Source: a virus. Taken from it: a stretch of 64,000 bases of DNA. Location: positions 13,885 to 77,884 of IMG/VR virus record IMGVR_UViG_3300049491_000465; one strand, given 5' to 3'. A program made the translations under genes and the position numbers. The first letter of the stretch is position 1; each line of letters begins with the position of its first letter. Below, one piece after another: positions 56,676-64,000 of this stretch. A model generated the notes under the pieces. That model was not told where the DNA came from, did no database searches, and saw nothing but the letters and a program-made list of their open reading frames with translations.

Positions 56676-57990
56676 AATTACAATATTCTAAATGGTGTCG
56701 GAAATCAATTGTCCCTGTGTCACCGTTCCTGTTTAATGCACAATCCACTTCTAACAATCCACGAATGAGATGACCTTTGCCTTCTTTATCAAAATGCTTT
56801 ACTACATCCTTGTACATTTCAGGACGATGCATTAAGAGAACTTTATTGGCAAAATCAACTATTCTGGAAGAGCCTCGAATATGGGTTACTTTAGGACGGT
56901 ATAATTCAGTTACATTAAACTTTCCTTCGCTTTCTTTACTCAAATGGTGAAGAACAATGATTAAAGCATTTGTTTTGTCACGCAAGTCTTTCAACATACG
57001 AGCAATGTCATCATCATTCTGGTTATCATTCTTTGAGTGAGGTTTAATCAACCCAAGATTATCAATTACAAGTATTGGAATCTTTCCCTTTTTAGAACTC
57101 GCAAATCTTTCAAACTTAGAACATATCTTGAATATGTCTGCTGTTTCATCTACGAAGTCTATTGGGTATGAGTCAAACATGGAGGCTGCCGCATCCATTC
57201 GATTCATCTCATCCTCTGTGAGCTTGTAATTAATACTTAGTTGCTGCTTGTCATTTAATCCAAGTTTCTTCGAAATAAACAACCTGCACATCTCATCTGA
57301 TTGCATTTCAAAAGAATACCACTGGATCTCGATATCAGCTTTGTTGTGATTTACTAATCGATCCATAAGGTGAACAAGGAATCTTGTTTTACCTTGTTTC
57401 TTTTGTGCGGCAAGCATGATGATTTGCTTTGGTCCCAGAGAGATTATGTCATCAAATCTTTTATGGCCAGTACGCAATAAATAGGTTTGACTTCCTTTTG
57501 CTATACTTCTAATTGATTTGACTGCTTCTCTGTAAGATTGTTTAAATGACTTGGATGAAATGTCACTACTGTTTAATTCAATAATCATTGAATTTGTCTC
57601 GATAAGAATCTCTTCAGAAGATTTAGTCGCTATACTTTTTCGTATGTTTTCGCTTACCTCAAGAAGTGTTTCTTTTTTGTTTTGTTCTGACAAATAAGAT
57701 AAATGATACTCCCATTGGTCTTCATCGGTATATATCTCTGATACATAACTATCGAAAATAGGAATTAATTCATCGTTCTTAGTGTGCTTTAATACATCAT
57801 GAATTACTGATGAATGTATCTCAGCACCATCACGATAAATCATCATAAATATCTGCCAGAACAATCTTGACATACTGTCTTTAAACAGCTTTTCATTTGG
57901 TATCTTTTCAACACAATTCAAGAACACATCTTTGCTCTTGAAACATTGTTTGATTAGATTTTTCTCGTATTCTGTTCTCTCTGGTATCAT
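56644..57990 (-). CDS. dnaB: Replicative DnaB-like helicase
   Basis: Walker A AAQKKQGKT, SFEM, VIDNLGLI, HLSKE, RGSSRI...ANKVLLMHRPE, NRNGDTG. Confidence 0.85.
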   Translation of the reverse strand: MIPERTEYEKNLIKQCFKSKDVFLNCVEKIPNEKLFKDSMSRLFWQIFMMIYRDGAEIHSSVIHDVLKHTKNDELIPIFDSYVSEIYTDEDQWEYHLSYLSEQNKKETLLEVSENIRKSIATKSSEEILIETNSMIIELNSSDISSKSFKQSYREAVKSIRSIAKGSQTYLLRTGHKRFDDIISLGPKQIIMLAAQKKQGKTRFLVHLMDRLVNHNKADIEIQWYSFEMQSDEMCRLFISKKLGLNDKQQLSINYKLTEDEMNRMDAAASMFDSYPIDFVDETADIFKICSKFERFASSKKGKIPILVIDNLGLIKPHSKNDNQNDDDIARMLKDLRDKTNALIIVLHHLSKESEGKFNVTELYRPKVTHIRGSSRIVDFANKVLLMHRPEMYKDVVKHFDKEGKGHLIRGLLEVDCALNRNGDTGTIDFRHHLEYCNFEDFTASYVP

Positions 57991-58334
57991 TTAAAACCTA
58001 ATCTTTTTTCAAGTTCATCCATTGCTGAATCCATTCCAGTTTGGAACACATTTTTTTTCTCCATACTTGGTTCTTTATCAAAATCAATATTGTAGTCACC
58101 TGCATTGCAAAAGCTTTCAAGAGATTTGATATACATGTCCTGTACTCCTTCTTTCTTTCTTTTGTCAATGTAATCACTGTACGTTTTTGATATGAGCTCC
58201 CATGTAATTGGATCTCCTGCAAAAGTTTTCTTGGACAGCATAATATATTTCACATTAGTAAAAACCTTATCAGGATTACCTTTTGGAAATAAATTAAAAA
58301 TGTCGAAAAACTCCTCCTTTGTTGGAAAATTCAT
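57987..58334 (-). CDS. Putative replication initiator/helicase-loader-like protein
   Basis: FFDIFNLFPK...Y...YIKSLESFCN resembles C-terminal domains of phage replisome organisers; coupled to dnaB. Confidence 0.4.
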   Translation of the reverse strand: MNFPTKEEFFDIFNLFPKGNPDKVFTNVKYIMLSKKTFAGDPITWELISKTYSDYIDKRKKEGVQDMYIKSLESFCNAGDYNIDFDKEPSMEKKNVFQTGMDSAMDELEKRLGFK

Positions 58335-58353
58335 ATTGACATTAATTAATTGA

Positions 58354-58650
58354 TTAATTTGGAATAATTCCGTGTATTATCTTCAATTGAGATGCTGGGA
58401 CCCATCCTATATTTTCAATCTTGTAAACTTCTCTACCAAGATTTTTCATGTCCCAGCCTTTAGCTGTAAAAGCGTAAACGATTTTTGGCTTCAAACCATA
58501 ACCTAACTTTTTTTCATTAAGCAACATAACATATCCCGGACAAGAGACGTTGTTATGGCCCTGATTATCATCAAAAATGTTTACGCTAATCTTCATCTTA
58601 AAACCTCTAAAACCTGAAGTAAATATACGAAAACTACTCCAATTTAACAT
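58354..58650 (-). CDS. Hypothetical protein (start may be downstream)
   Basis: Tandem ORF. Confidence 0.5.
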   Translation of the reverse strand: MLNWSSFRIFTSGFRGFKMKISVNIFDDNQGHNNVSCPGYVMLLNEKKLGYGLKPKIVYAFTAKGWDMKNLGREVYKIENIGWVPASQLKIIHGIIPN

Positions 58651-59014
58651 GGATATTCAAACCATATTTAGCAGTTGTATCATGCTTTCTTATGGTTGGT
58701 TGTCCAGCCATTACGAATGAGTTTCCTCCAATTGGATATCCTCCTGTTATTTGCCATGAAAATATTCTTGTAACATTATTCATGATCAAATCTTCGTACT
58801 TAGCTTTAATGTCTCCAAGATAGAATTCTTTTCCATCTTCAAAAGAAACATAAACCTGTCTCTTTCTTAGGTATAGAATTGATACTGATTCAGGCTCTTC
58901 AACCATTCTCATTATCACAGCTTGACGGACACCCATTGTATCCTTGTCATCAATTTTAGATGCAATACCAATAACCTTGGTTTTAATCATCTTTTCTTCT
59001 TCTACAAACGGCAT
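58634..59014 (-). CDS. HIRAN-like domain protein
   Basis: TKVIGI...RQ..I...LGDI...ITGG...YGLNI pattern. Confidence 0.5.
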   Translation of the reverse strand: MPFVEEEKMIKTKVIGIASKIDDKDTMGVRQAVIMRMVEEPESVSILYLRKRQVYVSFEDGKEFYLGDIKAKYEDLIMNNVTRIFSWQITGGYPIGGNSFVMAGQPTIRKHDTTAKYGLNIHVKLE

Positions 59015-59451
59015 TATTCAAATTTGTTAAATAGGTTACTTAATTTTTCCAAGTTTTCTGAATATTCAAAAAGGATGTTCGTGATTTTACCACTGGAGAA
59101 CAATTCAATTCTTCTCATTGCTGTATGATTATCTTTTGCTGAATTTATTCTGTTCTTTAAATCAAAAAGAACATAGTTTGCTGCAATAGATTTCTCATTG
59201 GCATATTGCTTTGCTTTAGTATGTGAATTGAATATTGTTTTTAATGGATAATCATCAGCTTCCTGAATAATAGTCCTTATAAACTCAAAATCATGTACGT
59301 TCACAAAATCAGCCTGAAGAACTAATCGATGGATTACAATCTGAAATCCCTGATATAGTTTCTCAATAGTACAATAAGCAATTGTTCTTGTTGTTGCAGT
59401 AGTAAACTCCATTTGAATACCACTGATACATACCACATTTTCTTTAAGCAT
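59014..59451 (-). CDS. Hypothetical protein
   Basis: Coupled ORF. Confidence 0.55.
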   Translation of the reverse strand: MLKENVVCISGIQMEFTTATTRTIAYCTIEKLYQGFQIVIHRLVLQADFVNVHDFEFIRTIIQEADDYPLKTIFNSHTKAKQYANEKSIAANYVLFDLKNRINSAKDNHTAMRRIELFSSGKITNILFEYSENLEKLSNLFNKFE

Positions 59452-59788
59452 ATTTCAAAAGGAATTGAATGATTGTTTCTGGTGATGCTGTTACATTAAT
59501 CTCTTCTCTGTCGGAAAACTTCATGTATCCACGTCTAAGCTGTTTTCTTTTTAATTGAGATTCAGCTTTTCTAATACATTCACCAAGGAATTTTCCTACA
59601 TGAATAACATATCTCCTTACAGATCCAGGAATTATATTATTCCCAGATCTTGTGAAGAGTTGTGCATAAGAATTGACGGAATAATTACCGTCATCGTGTA
59701 ATACAATGTCTATCCAATAGAGCTTATGATCATTGTTATCTGATACAGCATTCGATTTGTAGAGAGGAAGCCTCTTAACTACCTTCAT
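59444..59788 (-). CDS. WGR-like domain protein
   Basis: NNDHKLYWIDI...A...L..K...RGY pattern (the W-G-R triad itself is not conserved). Confidence 0.4.
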   Translation of the reverse strand: MKVVKRLPLYKSNAVSDNNDHKLYWIDIVLHDDGNYSVNSYAQLFTRSGNNIIPGSVRRYVIHVGKFLGECIRKAESQLKRKQLRRGYMKFSDREEINVTASPETIIQFLLKYA

Positions 59789-60194
59789 TTAGATGTTCCA
59801 TTGAAAAACCCATCTGTTTAGCTGTTTCATCATCAATATAACATGCTCGATGCTTAATGATATCTTCAGCTTGTTCTTTGTCAACAGCTTTTTTAATAGC
59901 TGAATTCTTTACAAGAAATATACCTCCGGTTCTCCAGGGGTTATTCTTATCTTCAGATTTGCTTTCATCAACAGTAATGAAGAATGAGGCACTCTTTGAT
60001 GCTTTGAGACATTCATCACAAAATGAATAAGGATTTGAATCAATCCAACCAACAACTTTACCATGAGCTTCTTTAACCTTTTTTGCATTTGGTGCTGTTA
60101 GTTGAGTATTCATAATTATTTCTGCATCAACTATTACATGACACACCTTGCAAGCACGTTTAACAAGTGCTACTCCTAAATTATCTTTCTTCAT
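59775..60194 (-). CDS. Hypothetical zinc-binding protein
   Basis: CKVC...CDEC, NPWRTG. Confidence 0.65.
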   Translation of the reverse strand: MKKDNLGVALVKRACKVCHVIVDAEIIMNTQLTAPNAKKVKEAHGKVVGWIDSNPYSFCDECLKASKSASFFITVDESKSEDKNNPWRTGGIFLVKNSAIKKAVDKEQAEDIIKHRACYIDDETAKQMGFSMEHLNEGS

Positions 60195-60702
60195 CTGAAT
60201 TGATTTCTTTAACGATTGAACTAATACATTGTAAATCAGTACATGTTGTCTGAACCGGTGGAAGGAATACTGCTGCCTCTGGAAATAGATCCTGAACTTT
60301 CTTGTAAGTACGAAGAGAAACTAATGTTTCTGTTGTCTTTTGTAATAATTCAGAATTCTTTTTCTTGTTCTTTTTCCAGATCTCAAGTTTCTTAGAGATG
60401 TATAATGCTTTCTCATCACTTAAAAGAATGCTTGATGATCTGTTACAAGGAAGAGCTTTATTCAAAAGAATGTAGTCATGATTCAATCCTTGACCATTTA
60501 TATAAACGCTACTTCTTGAATCAATATAATTCTTTGATATCGGATCGTTGAAAACTTTCATTATATCTTTTGGTATTTTAGATTCAACAATAACCTCTAA
60601 CATTTCAGCTATTTCATTATAGCGTTTTTTGTTTGCTTCATATTTCTTTTCAAGAAGCTTTTGTGCCATTTCTTCTGCTATGGCTCTTGTTATTCTACTC
60701 AT
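60181..60702 (-). CDS. Nmad5-like protein
   Basis: RITRAIAEE N-terminus and LxSLRTYKKVQDLFPEAAxFLP C-terminal motif. Confidence 0.6.
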   Translation of the reverse strand: MSRITRAIAEEMAQKLLEKKYEANKKRYNEIAEMLEVIVESKIPKDIMKVFNDPISKNYIDSRSSVYINGQGLNHDYILLNKALPCNRSSSILLSDEKALYISKKLEIWKKNKKKNSELLQKTTETLVSLRTYKKVQDLFPEAAVFLPPVQTTCTDLQCISSIVKEINSDEER

Positions 60703-60703
60703 C

Positions 60704-61552
60704 TTAAACAGTTTTAGATTTATGTTCTTCTAATGCAATTTGCAATGCCATACGCACACTCTTTGGTGCTTTATGGTCATCAACTTGGTACAATGCAAAT
60801 CCATTTGATCCAGCCATTGCTACCCATCCTTTCCCAGGAATACCCATTATTTCCATTGCATTAAGTAATTCACCATCAGTATATTTCTGATTAGACTCAA
60901 TTGTTGTTGGGCCCATACTAATTGGATCTACTTTATGATCAGGAATTGTACCACCTGCATTAGCGATTTCAAGAGCTCTATTGGCTGCATTCATCATGAG
61001 TTTAGTCTTGATGCTCTCCATGTTAGCTACATTGTTATCGTATAATGCTGCTGTGATTTCAATTCCGGATATCTCAATTTGAATCTCTTGGATTTGTTCT
61101 TCAGTTCGAGCATTCATAATTTTCTCCGAAATAGACAATTGTATGCCGCTCATCCGGTTGAATATATCCCTCTCTCTTGAAACTGCTTGATTCTCAATAT
61201 TATTTATTGATTGATCAAGTTTATCATACAAATCAGTTAATCCCTGTGTGAGGGTTTGAAACTTTTGTAAATCGTACGCAACGAGTTCTCCTTGGAAGTC
61301 TTTAATGATCTTCTTGTTGGATGTATGAATTCGTTTGATCTCTGCAATCTTTGATTTAACAACTGTTCTTGCTTTCTTAGCTGATTTAATGTCTTGAGCT
61401 GGGTCGATACTATCATATTGGCTAATGATCGCACTAAGATCTTTGGGGTCGAATTCATACGACTTTAGTTTTACTGGTTTTGGTTCAGAAAGGGAGATTG
61501 TCTTCATCGTCGTCTCCTCCATTTCTTGACTCATCAATTCCGATGACTTCAT
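60704..61552 (-). CDS. Coiled-coil protein (DUF1351-like)
   Basis: AKKARTVVKSKIAEIKRIH motif, long helical region. Confidence 0.5.
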   Translation of the reverse strand: MKSSELMSQEMEETTMKTISLSEPKPVKLKSYEFDPKDLSAIISQYDSIDPAQDIKSAKKARTVVKSKIAEIKRIHTSNKKIIKDFQGELVAYDLQKFQTLTQGLTDLYDKLDQSINNIENQAVSRERDIFNRMSGIQLSISEKIMNARTEEQIQEIQIEISGIEITAALYDNNVANMESIKTKLMMNAANRALEIANAGGTIPDHKVDPISMGPTTIESNQKYTDGELLNAMEIMGIPGKGWVAMAGSNGFALYQVDDHKAPKSVRMALQIALEEHKSKTV

Positions 61553-61880
61553 ACTTTGAGAGTATTAAATTAAGTTTAAAAATTAAATCTTCTGGTGTTT
61601 TAGCATCTGTCGATGTTATTGCTTGAATAATCTCATTCACCATTTGAGATCTTGCACCTGGAGCAGCTAAATCAATATCCACAATCTTTTTAACTGATGG
61701 TGATATTGAATCATGTAGATGTCTCAATGGATTATAGAGTCTTGAAAAGAACTGATGGTCCTCTGTTGATTGAGATGACTCTGATAATCTACCATAGATA
61801 AATCCTGTTAATTGTCCTAATGCTTCAAATGAATCTTCAATTACTTTTGATTCACCATATAAAAAGTATTTCTTAGCCAT
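61485..61880 (-). CDS. Hypothetical protein with acidic DDDEDNLPF tail
   Basis: ORF after terminator; SSB-tail-like C-terminus. Confidence 0.55.
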   Translation of the reverse strand: MAKKYFLYGESKVIEDSFEALGQLTGFIYGRLSESSQSTEDHQFFSRLYNPLRHLHDSISPSVKKIVDIDLAAPGARSQMVNEIIQAITSTDAKTPEDLIFKLNLILSKYEVIGIDESRNGGDDDEDNLPF

Positions 61881-61898
61881 ATCTTGTTTGATTTAGAT

Positions 61899-61926
61899 AA
61901 AAGAGAGAGACACTGATGTCCCTCTC
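61899..61926 (-). terminator. Intrinsic terminator (- strand)
   Basis: - strand GAGAGGGACA-TCAG-TGTCTCTCTC-TTTT. Confidence 0.65.
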
Positions 61927-61939
61927 ATTTACTTTGTTG

Positions 61940-62161
61940 CTAACCCTCATCAACAACACACGAATAACCTTTTGGTACATTCAATCGTTTGGCATGATGC
62001 CAAATAACATTCTTGAGACCAAATTGTAATATACTTTTCCCTGAAAAATCAGTAGTGAGAGTTGATACTGATACCACATCACCTGCTGCATTAAACTTTG
62101 TTGGAAATGAATATTTAGCCGAATAAACACGACCTGCTGAGTATTTTCTTTTAGTTGCCAT
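61940..62161 (-). CDS. Hypothetical basic protein
   Basis: ATG at 62161 (MATKRKYS) follows an AT-rich initiation region. Confidence 0.55.
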   Translation of the reverse strand: MATKRKYSAGRVYSAKYSFPTKFNAAGDVVSVSTLTTDFSGKSILQFGLKNVIWHHAKRLNVPKGYSCVVDEG

Positions 62162-62180
62162 AATAATAAATATTACTTGG

Positions 62181-62888
62181 TTAATTAAAATTTGTATGAT
62201 TTCCTGAATGAAGAATACCAGAGAATAAACCTTCACTTGGTTGATTCATTTCTGGGAATTCCCTCATGTTGATTGCTTCTTGATATTCATCTGAACGAAG
62301 TATGTCAAATGTTATCAATTGAGATGATGTCAATGTTTCATACATCAATGTTATCACTTCTTTTGTTCCAGGCATTGAACGAACACCTCCATCAGGTATT
62401 AGGCTATCAATAGACTTTCTACCTAAAGCAATGTCTTGTGCTGTTTTATCATCAACAATGTGTTCAGCCATATATGCTTCAGTAACAAATAGAACAAACA
62501 TTACTGAATTGACATCAATCTTTCTGAAATCATTTACAGCCTCATCAACCATTCTACGAGCAATATTCTTGCTTGCTTTATTCATGATTTCGTTGCCATG
62601 ATCTTGAAACAATTTTCCTAATGGAAGACATAATGTATGAATCTTGTGTTCATCATGAATATTCTCCATTATTTGCTGCTTAACTACTGGAGGAAGAGAG
62701 TTAAGGAAATCAGCATGATTAGCAAGAGCATTTTGTTTTACACCAATGAATACTGCCGGTTCAATTATTTGATTACCATGTTCATTGAAATGCTCTTTAA
62801 TCATCTCTATTGTTCCTTCTTTGAAATGAACAAACAACTCTTGTGTTGTCATCTCACTTTGTTTCTTTGGAAGATTTTTACTTGCCAT
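62181..62888 (-). CDS. Hypothetical protein
   Basis: 235-aa ORF; FVTEAY...EVI..YET pattern. Confidence 0.7.
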   Translation of the reverse strand: MASKNLPKKQSEMTTQELFVHFKEGTIEMIKEHFNEHGNQIIEPAVFIGVKQNALANHADFLNSLPPVVKQQIMENIHDEHKIHTLCLPLGKLFQDHGNEIMNKASKNIARRMVDEAVNDFRKIDVNSVMFVLFVTEAYMAEHIVDDKTAQDIALGRKSIDSLIPDGGVRSMPGTKEVITLMYETLTSSQLITFDILRSDEYQEAINMREFPEMNQPSEGLFSGILHSGNHTNFN

Positions 62889-62917
62889 GTGTTTTGTTTT
62901 TAAGGGTTATTTACTAA

Positions 62918-63127
62918 TTATTTTCCTTGATTATTACCCAATATCTTTGACGATTGGATAATTAATGATCCTTCAGGTATTACCTGATCAATAACACTCA
63001 GCGTCTTATCTGTCAAGAGCTTTTGTGTTTCTTGTTTTGAGATCAATTCCAGATCAGCTCTCTCAGAGTCATTTTCAGGAATAAGGACCAATCTCTTGGT
63101 CCCATTTGAAATAGTTATCACTTTCAT
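62918..63127 (-). CDS. Hypothetical protein
   Basis: NGTKRLVLIPEN pattern; tandem ORF. Confidence 0.6.
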   Translation of the reverse strand: MKVITISNGTKRLVLIPENDSERADLELISKQETQKLLTDKTLSVIDQVIPEGSLIIQSSKILGNNQGK

Positions 63128-63153
63128 AAGCGTAATTATTTATTTGTTTACAA

Positions 63154-63330
63154 TTACTTGAATATCATGTTTACAGCACTGTAATTAGCTACATCAGCTT
63201 GAACATGACTAAACTTAGCATACACTAATTGTATTGCATGCCATTTAGTTGCTGCCATAACTTTAACATAAAGCATAGCATTGTCTTTAGGGATATTTAC
63301 ATCCACTAAGAATTTAGAATAAGTTTCCAT
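63154..63330 (-). CDS. Small hypothetical protein (58 aa, not in ORF track)
   Basis: METYSKFLVDVNIPKDNAMLYVKVMAATKWHAIQLVYAKFSHVQADVANYSAVNMIFK fills the gap between neighbours. Confidence 0.5.
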   Translation of the reverse strand: METYSKFLVDVNIPKDNAMLYVKVMAATKWHAIQLVYAKFSHVQADVANYSAVNMIFK

Positions 63331-63332
63331 GA

Positions 63333-63545
63333 CTATTTGTTTTTGAGGGTTGTTTTATTCTTGTGATTTCTGTTGTATTTAATAATCTTATTTACTTCAG
63401 ATACAATTGTGAATATAAATACTGTAATGATTAAACCTACCTGAATGTAGAACACAATCAAGAATGTAGTGCTATGACTCATCAAAGCATAGATAGCAGT
63501 GAGTATCATTAATACTACTACAACGGAAAGTAAATTAGTCTTCAT
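63333..63545 (-). CDS. Small two-TM membrane protein
   Basis: Two hydrophobic helices and a basic C-terminal tail. Confidence 0.55.
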   Translation of the reverse strand: MKTNLLSVVVVLMILTAIYALMSHSTTFLIVFYIQVGLIITVFIFTIVSEVNKIIKYNRNHKNKTTLKNK

Positions 63546-63806
63546 GTGATTATTTAATTAAGAGGGTTTATATTGTTGTGTGTTAAATATTTACAAATTA
63601 AAATAAGAAGACTGGGATAATAAATACCCCAGTCTAATTTCCCTACTAACGTATTCTCTTAAACTTCGGGAAATAGAATAAAACTCTATCTGAATTTCAT
63701 GCAGTACCTTATGAGTAAACTCATTACAATCCATATCATTCAAGCAATATTCCAGTTCGATCAAGTTGCAGAAGTTGTTGTTTATCAATAATATAAATAC
63801 TATCAA

Positions 63807-64000
63807 TTAAACTGATTGATAAGATACAAATCAATCACATTAACATGCGAACTTATCTTTAATTAATTAAATCATTATAAATCAATATGTTATAGTAGTT
63901 TAATTAAACCTCTTGTTTAAATACTACTGAATAGTATATACTTAAAGAATAACTTTAAATAAACATGGTTAAATCAATGTAAATTTCCTTATATATACAT
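63807..64000. other. Very AT-rich non-coding region upstream of the - strand array
   Basis: No ORF; TTAATTAATTAA palindrome near 63860. Confidence 0.4.

Noticed and set aside
53430-63587. TGTGTGTTAAA repeated in two intergenic regions (about 53430 and 63577)
   Set aside because: Only two copies noticed in AT-rich initiation regions; not enough to call a phage promoter
63591-63806. 71-aa - strand ORF near the window end
   Set aside because: Non-ATG start in very AT-rich sequence and no motif; a shorter version may be real but cannot be supported
1-64000. Stop-codon reassignment (TAG or TGA recoding known in some Crassvirales)
   Set aside because: Genes are full length and tightly packed in code 11, the 6414-aa ORF is uninterrupted, and TGA and TAG both end genes at sensible boundaries (e.g. 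771, 1995, 7342, 7804)

Overview
Part of a Crassvirales-like (crAss-like) phage genome, standard genetic code, very probably infecting a Bacteroidota host. Host evidence: TAnnTTTG-type promoters, AT-rich initiation regions without Shine-Dalgarno motifs and a Gln-after-signal-peptide secreted protein. The + strand (1-43143) is the virion module in the order known for crAss-like phages: portal C-terminus, scaffold-like protein, major capsid protein, ring and auxiliary proteins, IHF-like protein, tail ring, muzzle (tail stabilisation), three ejected-cargo-like proteins, a 6414-aa virion RNA polymerase polyprotein, then Cys-rich, beta-propeller, tail-collar and collagen-like fibre genes. A bidirectional terminator at about 43205-43248 separates it from a - strand module of small genes plus replication and recombination functions: Cas4-like exonuclease, DnaA domain-IV protein, primase, vWA and MoxR pair, SSB-like protein, Sak4-like ATPase, HU-like protein, DnaB, and HIRAN-, WGR- and Nmad5-like proteins. 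No DNA polymerase, integrase, tRNA or CRISPR array was seen. Most notable: (1) a SET-domain (lysine methyltransferase) modular protein among the tail genes, punctuated by a GG-S-L-Y-x-M-M-x-Y-x-D/N-GG motif that recurs in neighbouring cargo proteins, a candidate capsid-loading or processing signal; (2) an SF1 helicase, a PD-(D/E)xK nuclease, the RNAP and a zincin fused in one polypeptide; (3) a solitary attC-like hairpin; (4) a Cys-rich virion gene set with a membrane CxxC protein. All family assignments are by eye from motifs and synteny; no database searches were run.
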